Positions 1 through 10,894 are shown, numbered from the stretch's first letter. The stretch is 64,000 bases of DNA from Minisyncoccota bacterium (GCA_041651055.1 JBAZJW010000001.1:20737-84736); one strand, 5' to 3'. Made by a program: numbers and translations. Notes: generated from the letters alone by a model not told the origin.

Positions 1-40
1 TCAGCCCGCGGTATTCCGCGGGCTGATTTTGGTATACTGG
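1..40 (+). terminator. Rho-independent terminator of an upstream gene (11-bp GC stem tcagcccgcgg/ccgcgggctga followed by a T-run)
   Basis: Perfect inverted repeat at 1-26 followed by tttt. Confidence 0.6.
30..38 (+). promoter_or_regulatory. Extended -10 promoter (TGgTATACT) giving a leaderless UDG transcript
   Basis: TGnTATAnT element ends 8 nt before the ATG at 46; no SD. Confidence 0.4.
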
Positions 41-45
41 CCCAT

Positions 46-645
46 ATGACCAAGATAGAAAAGATGCAGGCTATCACAGACGAGATTACCGCTCGCGCTG
101 ATTCTTCACTTTATGCGTATCGAATTGAAAACAATTATATTCCGGTGATCGGAGAAGGATCTCTTAATGCAAAAGTATTTTTTATAGGAGAAGCGCCAGG
201 GAAAAAAGAAGGGGAGACAGGGAAACCTTTTTGTGGTCGCTCTGGGAAATTCTTGGATGAAATGCTTACCTCTATTTCTCTCGAAAGAAAGAATGTGTAC
301 ATCACGAGCGTTGTAAAAGATAGACCACAAGATAATCGTGACCCAACGCAAAAGGAAATAGACCTTTACGGTCCGTACTTACTCAGGCAGCTTGAAATCG
401 TTAAACCAAAAATAATTGTCCTCTTGGGGAGAATTAGTATGAAGTATATGTTTATGTCTGCGGGTATAGAAAATGAATTAGACACCATTGGAGAAATGCA
501 TGGCAAAGTATACAAAGGGAAGCTTTCATATGGCGAGGTGATATTTCTTCCTTTGTATCATCCAGCTGCAGCGCTCTATAATCCAAAGAATAAGGCTGTT
601 CTCATGGAAGATTTTAAGGTTGTAAAAAAGTTTATAGAGAAATAA
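46..645 (+). CDS. Uracil-DNA glycosylase, family 4
   Basis: GEAPG...GRSGK and HPAAALYNP motifs typical of family-4 UDG. Confidence 0.85.
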   Translation: MTKIEKMQAITDEITARADSSLYAYRIENNYIPVIGEGSLNAKVFFIGEAPGKKEGETGKPFCGRSGKFLDEMLTSISLERKNVYITSVVKDRPQDNRDPTQKEIDLYGPYLLRQLEIVKPKIIVLLGRISMKYMFMSAGIENELDTIGEMHGKVYKGKLSYGEVIFLPLYHPAAALYNPKNKAVLMEDFKVVKKFIEK

Positions 646-675
646 AAAAGCCCATCCGTAGATGGGTCAGTTTGT
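646..675. terminator. Bidirectional terminator hairpin (cccatc-cgta-gatggg)
   Basis: Hairpin between convergent genes, A-run before and T-rich after. Confidence 0.5.
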
Positions 676-689
676 CGGCCGAGGCAAGC

Positions 690-1073
690 TTAGAGCACTG
701 CGACTATTCCCCAACCCAAAGCAAAGCCGAAGATAAGTGCGATGATCGTCGTGGCCCAAAACTCAACAGGGGAGACGAACAGGTCTTTTGCGCATTCCTC
801 GAAAAGATCTTCTTCACGAATCTCTTTTTGGGTCCATACCCTGTCTTTCCCGTAGACGTTTTCGTCAGCCGTGGCCATTTTCGCTTTTAGGGCGACCACT
901 TTTCGGTCTAGTCCGCCAGGAATGCTGAAAAGAAATTCTTCCCAGAACATTTTTGGTGTTTTCGACCAGATGTTGCCCGAGCTCGTGCCGGCAAAACGCA
1001 GCACAAAGTAAGCATAGAGCGAAAGAACAGCAGTCAGTACGCCTCCAACAATATACGGAGCATAGTTTTTCAC
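690..1073 (-). CDS. Small membrane protein (GTG start)
   Basis: ORF with AAAGGAAG RBS; N- and C-terminal hydrophobic helices. Confidence 0.55.
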   Translation of the reverse strand: MKNYAPYIVGGVLTAVLSLYAYFVLRFAGTSSGNIWSKTPKMFWEEFLFSIPGGLDRKVVALKAKMATADENVYGKDRVWTQKEIREEDLFEECAKDLFVSPVEFWATTIIALIFGFALGWGIVAVL

Positions 1074-1219
1074 AAGAGCTTCCTTTCTTTTTTGTTTTGC
1101 CGGAATAGCAAAATCTATTGCTATTTAATAGGAATTCGCTGTGTTTGTCAAACCCATGTCTAGGCAAGACCTAGACAGAAATTATGTTTTCAAAAAACAA
1201 GAAACAGATACCTATATTG

Positions 1220-1792
1220 TTACGCAGATTCCTTTATTTTATTTAAGAACTTTTGGAAGTGTTGTTCTTTTTTCTCACCCTGCCATTTATCTAAATTGCC
1301 GCAGATTTTCATATCAACAACATCAATTCCAACGAAACCAAAAAGACTTGTTTTCCAAAATGATGCAAGTGGCATGATGGGGAGATAGTGGAACCACGCT
1401 GGTCCGCCAGATGTGGCGAAGATTTTCGCGGTTTTACCAGTGAGAAGCTTCTGTATTTTTCCTTCAGGAGTGAATTTGTATGCAAAGTGAACCCAGAAGG
1501 TAAGGTCTACCCAGTTTTTCATGATTGCTGGCGGCATTGACCACCATATCGGATGAACTACAACGATTTCGTGTGCCCATGCTACTTGGTCCTCAAATGT
1601 TTTTTGTATTGTTGGGGGAACCATTTCTCGTATATTCGTAAAAGTGAGGAATTCTTCTCTGTTCTCTTTTGCGTACAAGTCGACAATTTTCACTGTGTGG
1701 CCTTTTGCTTTTTTTGCATTAGCGTAGGTCTTAGCGATGACGTGTGCGTGTCCGGCTGGAGATGGGTGTGCGGTGATGATGAGCGTATTCAT
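1220..1792 (-). CDS. Flavodoxin-like fold NAD(P)H dehydrogenase (quinone) family protein
   Basis: MNTLIITAHPSP...N-terminal flavodoxin_2-type signature. Confidence 0.7.
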   Translation of the reverse strand: MNTLIITAHPSPAGHAHVIAKTYANAKKAKGHTVKIVDLYAKENREEFLTFTNIREMVPPTIQKTFEDQVAWAHEIVVVHPIWWSMPPAIMKNWVDLTFWVHFAYKFTPEGKIQKLLTGKTAKIFATSGGPAWFHYLPIMPLASFWKTSLFGFVGIDVVDMKICGNLDKWQGEKKEQHFQKFLNKIKESA

Positions 1793-1868
1793 AGGGATAG
1801 TTTATAGGTAATAGGTTTTAGTTGCCAGTGGATAGAAGAAGTCTTTAAGGTTTAAAGTTCATAAAGTG

Positions 1869-1877
1869 TGTTAGAAT
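1869..1877 (+). promoter_or_regulatory. Extended -10 promoter (TGtTAGAAT)
   Basis: Sequence match, 30 nt upstream of ATG 1908. Confidence 0.35.
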
Positions 1878-1907
1878 ATTTTTAGATTGAACAACAGGAG
1901 AAAATCG

Positions 1908-2132
1908 ATGACACAACCGATTAATGAATCAAGAAATGAAATCACTTTGGCAAATTGGATTGCTGAAGTGGTCGCTGCTTCACCGGGAAGAGTTGCGGCG
2001 CAGAAACAAAATGTTGCCGGACCAGAAGTGGTTCGGTCGATTCGTCCGAGAGATGCAGATCTCCTGCGGCGGCGTGTTGCTGCGAGAAGTAAAAGGGATG
2101 GAGAGATATTCTCCTGGATTTCAGAGTTATGA
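1908..2132 (+). CDS. Hypothetical small protein
   Basis: ORF with AGGAG RBS 8 nt upstream of the ATG; competing overlapping frame rejected. Confidence 0.35.
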   Translation: MTQPINESRNEITLANWIAEVVAASPGRVAAQKQNVAGPEVVRSIRPRDADLLRRRVAARSKRDGEIFSWISEL

Positions 2133-2281
2133 GTTTTGCAGAGAGGAGTGGCTAATGTGTCACCCTCTTTTTATGTATAATTATCGCCACGGCACTTTGT
2201 GGAAAAGTGGTGAGTATATTGACTTTGTTTTTGTATACGCTTAGGATGAGCGAAAGTTCGTAGTACAAGGAGGAGGTCTAT

Positions 2282-2863
2282 ATGAACATTGAAGAATTGC
2301 TCGCCAGAAGCACGTGGGTTGATGAGTATGAACAACGCTGGGTCAATGAAGACATTGAAGGAGTTGATCTCTTTCGCGCTTTGCGTGTGATGAGAAAACA
2401 TCTTCCGACAGCTCAAAGCTATTTGGAAACAAGAGGGGAAAAGTTCCCTTGGGCAAAGACGTGGCTGAAATACGGCCGAACATTCCCAACACCGACAAAA
2501 AAGCTCTGCCAGCTTATGTTCGATCGTGGTCTTATGCTTGAGAAAGGTCATTGTCACTTCAATGCTCTTGTTATGAGTAATGACATGAGAAGTTGGACTG
2601 ATGAAATTTCACAAACAACCAGATATGTTGAGGGAATTGCAGTGTGTCCCATGGGAGCACACCCTCACTCATGGGTCGTTGTTGGCGGCAGGGTTCTTGA
2701 TCCGACGTGGACGTGTGCATACATGACTACGTATTACGGTGTTTCATTTGAGCCTGATCGGGTTCAATCTGTTGCAAAGGCTAATGGCTTCCGTGGCATT
2801 ACCAGTCATTGGGACAAATGCGGCGAGCTTGTCATTGAGCACCTGGAAAGCCGAAGTGCTTAA
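2282..2863 (+). CDS. Hypothetical protein (Cys/His-containing, possible thiol peptidase-like fold)
   Basis: AAGGAGGAGG RBS; GHCHF...CPMGAHPHSW motifs; no confident family. Confidence 0.6.
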   Translation: MNIEELLARSTWVDEYEQRWVNEDIEGVDLFRALRVMRKHLPTAQSYLETRGEKFPWAKTWLKYGRTFPTPTKKLCQLMFDRGLMLEKGHCHFNALVMSNDMRSWTDEISQTTRYVEGIAVCPMGAHPHSWVVVGGRVLDPTWTCAYMTTYYGVSFEPDRVQSVAKANGFRGITSHWDKCGELVIEHLESRSA

Positions 2864-2888
2864 ATTACATTTGTCGCCAAAGTTCACT

Positions 2889-2920
2889 AAAAAAGCCCGC
2901 CATCGGTGGGCTTTTTCTTT
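2889..2920 (+). terminator. Rho-independent terminator
   Basis: aaaaaagcccgcc-atcg-gtgggct then a T-run. Confidence 0.7.
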
Positions 2921-2975
2921 TTGATAAAATAGTAATAAGGAGTAGAATATGGATGTCTAACAACTGGAGAAAGAC

Positions 2976-3251
2976 ATGAAGCTCATTTATTATCAACTGG
3001 GTATCTGGATTTTTCCAGAGAACTCAGCGGCGCACAGACGGTGCAAAGCCGGGGTGATTGTGCACCTCAGGGCGGAACTGGCCAGGTACGACCTGGAATA
3101 CAGAAAGATGGTGGTTGAGCGTGATAGCTATCTCACCAGTCTCGGCCCTGAAACTCCGAAAACCGGCCCGCTGGGTCTGTCTCGGCCAGGTTTGCGCGAT
3201 CCGGATAAACAGCTTTTGGATCCGTTCGACATGTTCAGGCCAAATCACTGA
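2976..3251 (+). CDS. Hypothetical protein in a self-contained GC-rich cassette (TTGATA-17-TAGAAT promoter, GGAGA RBS, terminator)
   Basis: Much higher GC than flanks; complete expression unit between two terminators. Confidence 0.45.
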   Translation: MKLIYYQLGIWIFPENSAAHRRCKAGVIVHLRAELARYDLEYRKMVVERDSYLTSLGPETPKTGPLGLSRPGLRDPDKQLLDPFDMFRPNH

Positions 3252-3274
3252 CATCGGACTGATATAACGCTCTC

Positions 3275-3303
3275 AAAAGCCCGCAACTTCGCGGGCTTTT
3301 TCT
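3275..3303 (+). terminator. Rho-independent terminator (gcccgc-aacttc-gcgggc-tttttt)
   Basis: Hairpin plus T-run. Confidence 0.75.
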
Positions 3304-3350
3304 TTATCAACAGCTTCTAGCTTCAAGCTGTTTACTTCTAGCTTTCCCCA

Positions 3351-3359
3351 TGGTATAAT
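3351..3359 (+). promoter_or_regulatory. rpoB extended -10 promoter (TGgTATAAT)
   Basis: Sequence match; about 130-nt leader follows. Confidence 0.5.
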
Positions 3360-3467
3360 CCCACCACTATTGACCACTGATTGAGTACTGAGCGAGGACA
3401 ATAAAGTAGTGAAGAAAAGTGAATATCTAAGGGGAATTATTAACGGGTCTCATTATTTTATGATAAA

Positions 3468-3493
3468 GCCATAACAAAAAGGTTTGTTATGGC
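3468..3493 (+). promoter_or_regulatory. Perfect 11-bp hairpin sequestering the rpoB SD (loop AAGG) and AUG
   Basis: gccataacaaa-aagg-tttgttatggc; the ATG 3489-3491 lies in the 3' arm. Confidence 0.5.
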
Positions 3494-6400
3494 GACATTT
3501 GTTGTTATGCCAAAAACACACCAGTCCACAACTGTGCGCCCACAAAAGACCTTCGCGAAATATCGCGAACCACTTACTCAACTTCCTAACCTCGTCGAAA
3601 ACCAGATCATTTCATACAAGGACCTTACAGAAAAAGGTATCGTAGAAATTTTCCGCGAGTTCTCACCACTTCGTGATTACTCAGAGAAAAAGTTTGACCT
3701 CGAATTCATTTCTTTCGAACTTTCACCAGCAAAGTACGATGAAGTGTACGCAAAGGAAAACAAGCTTACCTATGAAGCTCCTCTCCGTGCCCGTGTAAAG
3801 CTCACCAATAAAATATTGAATACCGTAAAGGAACAAGAAATCTTCATGGCAGATTTTCCTTTGATGACGGTTCACGGTACATTCATTATCAACGGTGTTG
3901 AACGTGTTGTCGTTCCTCAGCTCGCCCGATCATTCGGTGTTTTCTTCGATTCTGAAGAAACAAAAGGAAAGCGTTACTTCGGTGCAAAAATAATCCCTTC
4001 ACGTGGTGTATGGATTGAATTAGGCACAGAAGCAGATGGTGGTATTTATGTACGTATCGACAAGAAGCGCAAGTTCTCAGCTATCGCACTCCTTCGTGTT
4101 CTCGGTCTTTCTACAGATGACCAGATCAAAGACGCATTCAAGGATCACCCAATCACAGGGCCTCTCATGGCGACACTCGTTGAACGTGATGAAGTAAAGA
4201 CTATTCACGATGCGTACATCGAAATTTACAAGCGTCTTCGTGATGGTGACCTAGCTACGCCAGAAAATGCAAAGGAGCACATTGACTCTATCGTTTCCCC
4301 TGAACGATACGATCTTTCTCCTGTTGGACGTTTTCGTTTCAATAAGCGCTTCGGAAAGTCTATTGATGCAAAGGATAAAGAATCACAGCGTCGTACACTT
4401 TCAAAAGAAGACATGATTGAGATTATTAACCACATGGTTGAACTCAACAACAATCCAAATGCTGAAGAAGACGATATCGACCACCTTGGATCACGTCGTG
4501 TGCGTTATGTTGGTGAAATGATGGCACAGAAAATCCGTACAGGTATGATGCAGATGAAGCGAAACATTCAGGATAAGATGTCTGTTATCGACACCGATAC
4601 GACACTTCCTATCGCTATCATCAACCAGCGTCCACTTCAGGCTCGTATCAAGGAATTCTTTACAACAAACCAGCTTTCTCAGTTCATGAACCAAGAAAAC
4701 TTGCTTGCAGAAGTAGAACACTTGCGTACACTCTCAGCCCTCGGTCCCGGCGGTCTTACTCGTGAGCGAGCCGGATTCGAAGTTCGTGACGTTCACACAT
4801 CACACTACGGTCGTGTGTGTCCTATTCACACACCAGAAGGTCCGAACATTGGTCTTATTCTCCGTCTTTCGAACTACGCACGTATCAATGACTTCGGTAT
4901 TATCGAAACACCATACGTAAAGGTAAAAGATGGAAAGATTTCTAAAGAAATTGTGTACATGAACGCGCTTGAAGAAGAACGTTACATTATTGCGCATGCC
5001 GGAAACGTGTATGACAAGGATGGAAAGTTCGTTGAAGCAGAAATCGAAGTTCGTAAAGCTGGACAGCCAGGACTCGCTCCTGTAGCACAGGTAGAATTTA
5101 TCGATGTTGCGACAAACCAAGCATTCTCTGTTGCGACCTCAATGATTCCATTCCTCGAGCACGATGAAGCAACACGTGCACTGATGGGAAGTAATATGCA
5201 GAAGCAAGCTGTGCCACTTATGTGTCCAGAAGCGCCGCTTGTAGCAACGGGTATGGAAGGAGAAGCTGCGAAGCACATCGGACGTCTTATTCTTGCAGAA
5301 GAAAATGGTGAAGTGAAGTATGTTGATGCAAAGAAAATTGTTATTAAGGCAGACCCTTCGAAGTCCTCAGGGCAGGGAAAGGAATATGAGTACAACCTCA
5401 TTAACTTCGCTCGTACGAACGCCTTTAACCTTTTCCACCAGCGACCTATCGTTTCTCTTGGAGATAAAGTAAAGAAAGGACAGGTGCTTGCTGACGCTGC
5501 GACATCAGACAATGGTCAGATCGCACTCGGTCACAATATCCGTGTTGCCTTCATGACATGGAATGGTGCGAACTACGAAGATGCTATCATTCTTTCAGAA
5601 CGTCTCGTGAAGGAAAGTAAGTTTTCTTCTATTCACATTGAAGAATTCGTATGTAATGTGCGTGATACCAAGCTCGGTGCTGAAGTAACAACACATGATA
5701 TTCCAAACGTTGGTGAAAATAAATTGAAGAACTTGGACGAAGACGGAATCATCCGTATCGGTGCTGAAGTTCGCCCAGGAGATATCTTGGTTGGTAAAAT
5801 TACACCAAAGGGAGAAACAGAACTCACGCCAGAAGAAAGACTTCTTCGTTCTATTTTCGGTGAAAAGGTACGTGATGTGAAAGATTCATCACTTCGTCTT
5901 GATCACGGAAAGCGTGGACGTATTATCGGTGTGAAGGTTTTCTCACGTGAACGAGGGGACAATCTCGAAAGTGGCATCATCAAGCGTATTCACATTGAAG
6001 TTGCGCAGGTGCGTAATATTTCAGTGGGAGACAAGCTTGCTGGTCGTCACGGAAACAAGGGAGTTATCTCAACGATTCTTCCTGTCGAAGAAATGCCGTT
6101 CGCTGCAGACGGAACTCCTATCGATATCTTGCTCACACCACTCGGTGTGCCATCACGTATGAACCTTGGACAAATCTTGGAAATGCACCTCGGTCTCGCT
6201 GCAGATACACTCGGCTACCAGGCTATTGTTCCTTCATTCCAGGGAGCATCAGATGCTGAAATTAAAGAAGAACTTGTGAAAGCAGGATTCAAGGAATCAG
6301 GAACCGTACAGCTCTACGATGGTCGTACCGGTGAAGCCTTTGATCAGGAAACTGCCGTTGGTGTTATGTACATTATGAAACTGCACCATATGGTGGAAGA

Positions 6401-6746
6401 CAAGATTCACATGCGTTCTATCGGCCCTTACTCTCTCATCACACAGCAGCCACTCGGTGGAAAGGCTCAAGGTGGAGGTCAGAGATTCGGAGAAATGGAA
6501 GTATGGGCTCTCGAAGGATACGGAGCAGCTCATATTTTGCGTGAAATGTTGACGGTGAAGTCAGATGATATCGTAGGACGTTCACAAGCATTCGACAGTA
6601 TTATTAAGGGAGAAGATGTGAAGGAACCGAATACTCCAGCGTCGTTTACGGTTATGTTGAATACACTTCGTGGACTTTCACTCGATGTTATTCCTCGAAA
6701 GATAGAAGGGTACGATGCCCCAATGATCGGTGAATCATCTCTATAA
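3489..6746 (+). CDS. rpoB: DNA-directed RNA polymerase subunit beta
   Basis: 1085 aa; GRHGNKGVIS and other beta-subunit signatures. Confidence 0.97.
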   Translation: MATFVVMPKTHQSTTVRPQKTFAKYREPLTQLPNLVENQIISYKDLTEKGIVEIFREFSPLRDYSEKKFDLEFISFELSPAKYDEVYAKENKLTYEAPLRARVKLTNKILNTVKEQEIFMADFPLMTVHGTFIINGVERVVVPQLARSFGVFFDSEETKGKRYFGAKIIPSRGVWIELGTEADGGIYVRIDKKRKFSAIALLRVLGLSTDDQIKDAFKDHPITGPLMATLVERDEVKTIHDAYIEIYKRLRDGDLATPENAKEHIDSIVSPERYDLSPVGRFRFNKRFGKSIDAKDKESQRRTLSKEDMIEIINHMVELNNNPNAEEDDIDHLGSRRVRYVGEMMAQKIRTGMMQMKRNIQDKMSVIDTDTTLPIAIINQRPLQARIKEFFTTNQLSQFMNQENLLAEVEHLRTLSALGPGGLTRERAGFEVRDVHTSHYGRVCPIHTPEGPNIGLILRLSNYARINDFGIIETPYVKVKDGKISKEIVYMNALEEERYIIAHAGNVYDKDGKFVEAEIEVRKAGQPGLAPVAQVEFIDVATNQAFSVATSMIPFLEHDEATRALMGSNMQKQAVPLMCPEAPLVATGMEGEAAKHIGRLILAEENGEVKYVDAKKIVIKADPSKSSGQGKEYEYNLINFARTNAFNLFHQRPIVSLGDKVKKGQVLADAATSDNGQIALGHNIRVAFMTWNGANYEDAIILSERLVKESKFSSIHIEEFVCNVRDTKLGAEVTTHDIPNVGENKLKNLDEDGIIRIGAEVRPGDILVGKITPKGETELTPEERLLRSIFGEKVRDVKDSSLRLDHGKRGRIIGVKVFSRERGDNLESGIIKRIHIEVAQVRNISVGDKLAGRHGNKGVISTILPVEEMPFAADGTPIDILLTPLGVPSRMNLGQILEMHLGLAADTLGYQAIVPSFQGASDAEIKEELVKAGFKESGTVQLYDGRTGEAFDQETAVGVMYIMKLHHMVEDKIHMRSIGPYSLITQQPLGGKAQGGGQRFGEMEVWALEGYGAAHILREMLTVKSDDIVGRSQAFDSIIKGEDVKEPNTPASFTVMLNTLRGLSLDVIPRKIEGYDAPMIGESSL

Positions 6747-6763
6747 TCTTCTACTAAACTACT

Positions 6764-9700
6764 ATGAAAACAATCGATACAAATAATTTTGACGGTCTAG
6801 GAATCAAGATTGCTTCTCCTGAAGCTATCCGTTCTTGGTCATTTGGTGAAGTTACGAAGCCAGAGACGATTAACTATCGTACAGGACGCAGTGAACGTTA
6901 TGGACTTTTCGACGAAAGAATTTTCGGTCCAGAAAAGGACTATGAATGTTATTGTGGAAAATATCGTCGTATTCGCTATAAGGATATTGTGTGTGAGAAG
7001 TGTGGTGTTGAAGTAACAAAGTCTATCGTTCGTCGTGAACGAATGGGACACATTGAACTTGCATCTCCTGTCGCGCATATTTGGTTCTTGCGAACTGTGC
7101 CATCTCGCATCGCACTTATTCTCGCACAGCCAGTGTCTGATGTTGAAAAGGTTGTGTACTTCGCAGGGTATGTCGTGAAGTCAGTGAATCAGGCTGCAAA
7201 GGAACAACTCCTCGCTGATCTTGATAGTGAATTTAAGGCGAAAGTAAAGTCTGCAAGTGATGAAAAGACACAGGATAAACTCCGCGAACTTCTCACTGCA
7301 ACAAAGAAGGAAATTGAAGAAATTAAGCCAACGAAGATTTTTGACGAACTTACCTATCATCGTTATTCGATGAAGTACGGAACATGTTTCGAAGCAGGAA
7401 TCGGAGCTGAGGCTATCTTTGATATTTTCAAGACTATGGACTTGAAGGATATTGAAGGAAAAATCGTTCTTCAGCTTGAAAAGGCAGGAGCACTCGAACG
7501 TGAAAAAGCTGAGAAGCGTTTGTCACTTATTCGTGCATTCCAGAATGCAAACATTCGTCCAGAATGGATGTTCATGACAACTATTCCAGTTATACCTCCA
7601 GGTATTCGTCCTATGGTTGCTCTTGAAGGTGGACGCTACGCTGCATCAGACGTGAACGATCTCTATCGTCGCGTTATCAACCGAAACAATCGTTTGAAGA
7701 AGCTCATGGAAATCGGTGCACCAGATGTAATTTTGCGAAATGAGAAGCGAATCCTTCAAGAAGCGGTAGATGCACTCATCGACAACTCTGCTCGTCATGG
7801 ACAGGATGCTGTCATGAGTCAGTCACAGAAGCGTCAGCTTAAGTCACTCTCTGATAACTTGAAAGGAAAGCAAGGTCTCCTTCGTGGAAACCTTCTCGGT
7901 AAGCGTGTAGACTACTCTGCACGTTCGGTTATTGTGGTTGGTCCATCACTCGCGCTTAACGAGTGTGGTCTTCCAAAGCACATGGCTCTTGAACTTTTCA
8001 AGCCATTTATTATTTCAAAGATTCTTGAACGTGAACTCGCATTCAACATTCGTGGTGCGAACAAATTGATAGAAGATAGTATTCCAGAAGTGTGGGCAAT
8101 TCTTGAAGAATGTATCGAAGGTAAGTATGTGCTCCTAAACCGCGCACCGACACTTCACCGCCTCGGTATTCAGGCCTTCAATCCAAAGCTTATCGAAGGA
8201 AACGCTATTCAACTTCATCCACTCGTATGTCAGGCCTTCAACGCTGACTTCGACGGTGACCAAATGGCTGTTCACTTACCACTCTCTGTAGCGGCACAAG
8301 AAGAAGCTCGTACGCTTATGGCTGCGAACCGAAACCTTCTCCGTCCTGGATCTGGAGACTCTATTGTGAACCCTCGAATGGATATGGTTCTCGGTGCGTA
8401 TTGGATGACAAAGGTTATTGAAGGAGAAAAGGGTGAAGGTAAATACTTCGCTTCGCCGAACGAGGCCATTACGGCATACGATTTTAGTATCGTATCATTC
8501 CGTGCCAAGATTTGGGTTTCTCCATCTGATAAGGGTAAGTACGCAGCATTCGGTGGCAAGCCATTCGAAACAACTGTCGGACGTCTTCTCTTTAACTCAG
8601 TGTTTCCATCTGACTTCCCATACATGAACGATGAAGTAACAGGAAAGAAGATGAACCTCATTATCGATGAAGTTATTCTTACGTACGGTCTTGATACTGC
8701 TCCTTCTGTTATTGATAAAATCAAAACATTCGGTTACAAGTATGCAACTGTATCTGGTACAACATGGAACATCGACGCTGTTAAGGTTCCAAAAGAAAAA
8801 GGAGCACTTGTACAGGAAGGATGGGATAATGCAGCTCGTGTAGAAGAAGATTTCAACGAAGGTCTTCTCTCGGCTGAAGAGCGTTATGAGCGTACTATCG
8901 ATGTATGGCAGGGTGTTCGTACGAAGATTGAGAAGCTCGTTCCTGAATCATTTGCAAAACATGGTTCAGTGTATGACTTGATCACATCAGGTGCGAGAGG
9001 TTCTATCGCGCAGATTATTCAGATGTCTGGTATGAAGGGTATTATCGTGAACAACTCAGGACGTAACATTGACTTCCCTGTTATTTCATCATACAAGGAA
9101 GGATTGAACCCACTTGAGTACTTCATTACAACCTACGGTGCTCGTAAAGGTAACTCCGACACAGCGCTCAAGACTGCTCAGGCTGGATACCTTACTCGAC
9201 GTCTCGTGGATGTGGCACAGGATGCTATCATTACAGAAATTGATTGTGGTACAAAAGAAAGTAAAGTGGTGCGTACAGAAAATGCTCTCGGAATCGAAGT
9301 TCCAATTTCAAAGAATATTCGTGGACGTATTATTGCAGAAGATATTGTGAGTGATGGTGCTGTTCTCTTCAAAAAGAATCACCTCATCAACAAGGATGAT
9401 GCGATGACGGTTGAAAATGCTGGTGTGAAGGAGGTGATGGTGTTCTCACCACTTGCCTGCCAGTCACTACACGGTATTTGTCAGAAATGTTATGGACTCG
9501 ACATGGGTCGTAACAAGAAGGTGGACTTGGGAGAAGCAGTGGGTATCGTCGCGGCGCAAGCTATTGGTGAACCAGGAACACAGCTTACGATGCGTACATT
9601 CCATGCCGGAGGAGTTTCCGGAGTCGACATTACACAAGGTCTTCCTCGTGTTGAAGAAATCTTCGAACGTCGTATGCCAAAGAATCCTGCTATCATTGCA

Positions 9701-10357
9701 CATGAATCAGGTTCTATTATCGGTATCCGTGAAGAAGGAAAAGAAAAGATTATTCTCCTCCTTGCGGACGATGATGGATCAAAGGGGAATAAGAGTGGAA
9801 AGCAAATCGAATACACCGTACCATTCCGTCGTGCACCTATTGTTAAGGTTGGTGACACCGTAGTGAAAGGTCAGATGATGACTGATGGTTCGTGTGATAT
9901 TGATGAGCTCTTTACATATGCCGGCAAGGAAGTTGCAGCAGAGTACATTGTGAGTGAAATCAACAAAGTGTACGAACTACAAGGTGCCGCAATCTCTCGA
10001 AAGCACGTCGAAGTGATCATTAAGCAGATGTTCGGACGTGTGAAGATTACGAATCCTGGTGAGACACGATTCACACAAAGTGATGTCGTTGAAGTTTCTA
10101 CGTTCCGTGCAGAAAATGCTCGCGTGAAGGAAGAGGGGCTCACAGAAGCAAAGGGACGCAACTTGGTACTCGGTATCACCGATGTGGCTCTCTCTACGGA
10201 CTCATGGCTTTCATCAGCATCATTCCAGAATACGACACGCGTGCTTATCACCGCATCGACAAGAGGACAGATGGATGAGTTGCGTGGGTTGAAGGAGAAT
10301 GTTATTATCGGACGCTTGATCCCCGCCGGTACAGGATTGCGTGGTAAGAAAGCATAA
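6764..10357 (+). CDS. rpoC: DNA-directed RNA polymerase subunit beta'
   Basis: 1197 aa; [12 protein letters not shown] catalytic motif; zinc-binding Cys cluster. Confidence 0.97.
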   Translation: MKTIDTNNFDGLGIKIASPEAIRSWSFGEVTKPETINYRTGRSERYGLFDERIFGPEKDYECYCGKYRRIRYKDIVCEKCGVEVTKSIVRRERMGHIELASPVAHIWFLRTVPSRIALILAQPVSDVEKVVYFAGYVVKSVNQAAKEQLLADLDSEFKAKVKSASDEKTQDKLRELLTATKKEIEEIKPTKIFDELTYHRYSMKYGTCFEAGIGAEAIFDIFKTMDLKDIEGKIVLQLEKAGALEREKAEKRLSLIRAFQNANIRPEWMFMTTIPVIPPGIRPMVALEGGRYAASDVNDLYRRVINRNNRLKKLMEIGAPDVILRNEKRILQEAVDALIDNSARHGQDAVMSQSQKRQLKSLSDNLKGKQGLLRGNLLGKRVDYSARSVIVVGPSLALNECGLPKHMALELFKPFIISKILERELAFNIRGANKLIEDSIPEVWAILEECIEGKYVLLNRAPTLHRLGIQAFNPKLIEGNAIQLHPLVCQAFNADFDGDQMAVHLPLSVAAQEEARTLMAANRNLLRPGSGDSIVNPRMDMVLGAYWMTKVIEGEKGEGKYFASPNEAITAYDFSIVSFRAKIWVSPSDKGKYAAFGGKPFETTVGRLLFNSVFPSDFPYMNDEVTGKKMNLIIDEVILTYGLDTAPSVIDKIKTFGYKYATVSGTTWNIDAVKVPKEKGALVQEGWDNAARVEEDFNEGLLSAEERYERTIDVWQGVRTKIEKLVPESFAKHGSVYDLITSGARGSIAQIIQMSGMKGIIVNNSGRNIDFPVISSYKEGLNPLEYFITTYGARKGNSDTALKTAQAGYLTRRLVDVAQDAIITEIDCGTKESKVVRTENALGIEVPISKNIRGRIIAEDIVSDGAVLFKKNHLINKDDAMTVENAGVKEVMVFSPLACQSLHGICQKCYGLDMGRNKKVDLGEAVGIVAAQAIGEPGTQLTMRTFHAGGVSGVDITQGLPRVEEIFERRMPKNPAIIAHESGSIIGIREEGKEKIILLLADDDGSKGNKSGKQIEYTVPFRRAPIVKVGDTVVKGQMMTDGSCDIDELFTYAGKEVAAEYIVSEINKVYELQGAAISRKHVEVIIKQMFGRVKITNPGETRFTQSDVVEVSTFRAENARVKEEGLTEAKGRNLVLGITDVALSTDSWLSSASFQNTTRVLITASTRGQMDELRGLKENVIIGRLIPAGTGLRGKKA

Positions 10358-10406
10358 ACCGCTTCCAAAATTGACGACCTGCTTGTTATTTTTCGGAAAA
10401 AGTGTT

Positions 10407-10431
10407 TCAACGTACCCGTTAGTACGTCTCC
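10407..10431 (+). promoter_or_regulatory. Conserved 25-nt motif tcaACGTACccgttaGTACGTctcc (palindromic ACGTAC-N6-GTACGT) downstream of rpoC
   Basis: 22/25 identical copy occurs downstream of rpoD at 14655-14679. Confidence 0.4.
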
Positions 10432-10504
10432 AAACTTTTTCCTAAAAACAACTGCGCATTTCATTCAATTTTGAAACCGGTTGACGTTTACGGAATACGA
10501 ATAC

Positions 10505-10546
10505 AAAAAGCAAAAGCGCGACCGAAGGTCGCGCTTTTGCTTTTTA
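10505..10546 (+). terminator. Rho-independent terminator (gcaaaagcgcgacc-gaag-ggtcgcgcttttgc-ttttt)
   Basis: 14-bp stem plus T-run. Confidence 0.85.
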
Positions 10547-10607
10547 TATTCATTTTGTGTAGTATCTTAGCCAGAACCGTACCTTCGTATGGTCAAGGAG
10601 ATATGAC

Positions 10608-10886
10608 ATGGAAAAAGTTTGGATTTCCGGCCTCTTTATTGTGGCCATTGTTGCAGTTGTCTTGTTCCTTGTGATGAGGTCAAGACATCTTTCCGTACAG
10701 GAGCAAGGTTTTGTGGTCTACGTACAAGCAGTGGCCAAGAAACAAGGTCTTGACAAGGCTCGTCTGCAAAAGCTCTTGTTCGAGGAATGGGACAAGTTGC
10801 TGTTCACGTATGGGGTACGTGCCGGCCCATTCTCTCTCGGCAATGTTCCTTTGGTCAAGAAGACCATTGTGGAAACCTACGAATAA
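10608..10886 (+). CDS. Small membrane-anchored protein
   Basis: AAGGAG RBS 7 nt upstream; N-terminal TM helix. Confidence 0.55.
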   Translation: MEKVWISGLFIVAIVAVVLFLVMRSRHLSVQEQGFVVYVQAVAKKQGLDKARLQKLLFEEWDKLLFTYGVRAGPFSLGNVPLVKKTIVETYE

Positions 10887-10894
10887 GGCAAGGT
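10876..10894. promoter_or_regulatory. Perfect 9+1+9 palindrome GGCAAGGTGaCACCTTGCC (candidate operator)
   Basis: Inverted repeat; 13-nt core AAGGTGaCACCTT recurs at 11160-11172. Confidence 0.35.

Noticed and set aside
1924-2244. 106-aa ORF overlapping 1908-2132 in another frame
   Set aside because: Trp/Cys-rich composition and no RBS. The 1908 frame has AGGAG at the right spacing. Both remain low confidence.
4226-9863. Numerous antisense or alternative-frame ORFs (60-176 aa) inside rpoB and rpoC
   Set aside because: They lie entirely within well-supported long coding regions on the opposite strand or in other frames. They have no RBS or family signal and are typical spurious ORFs.
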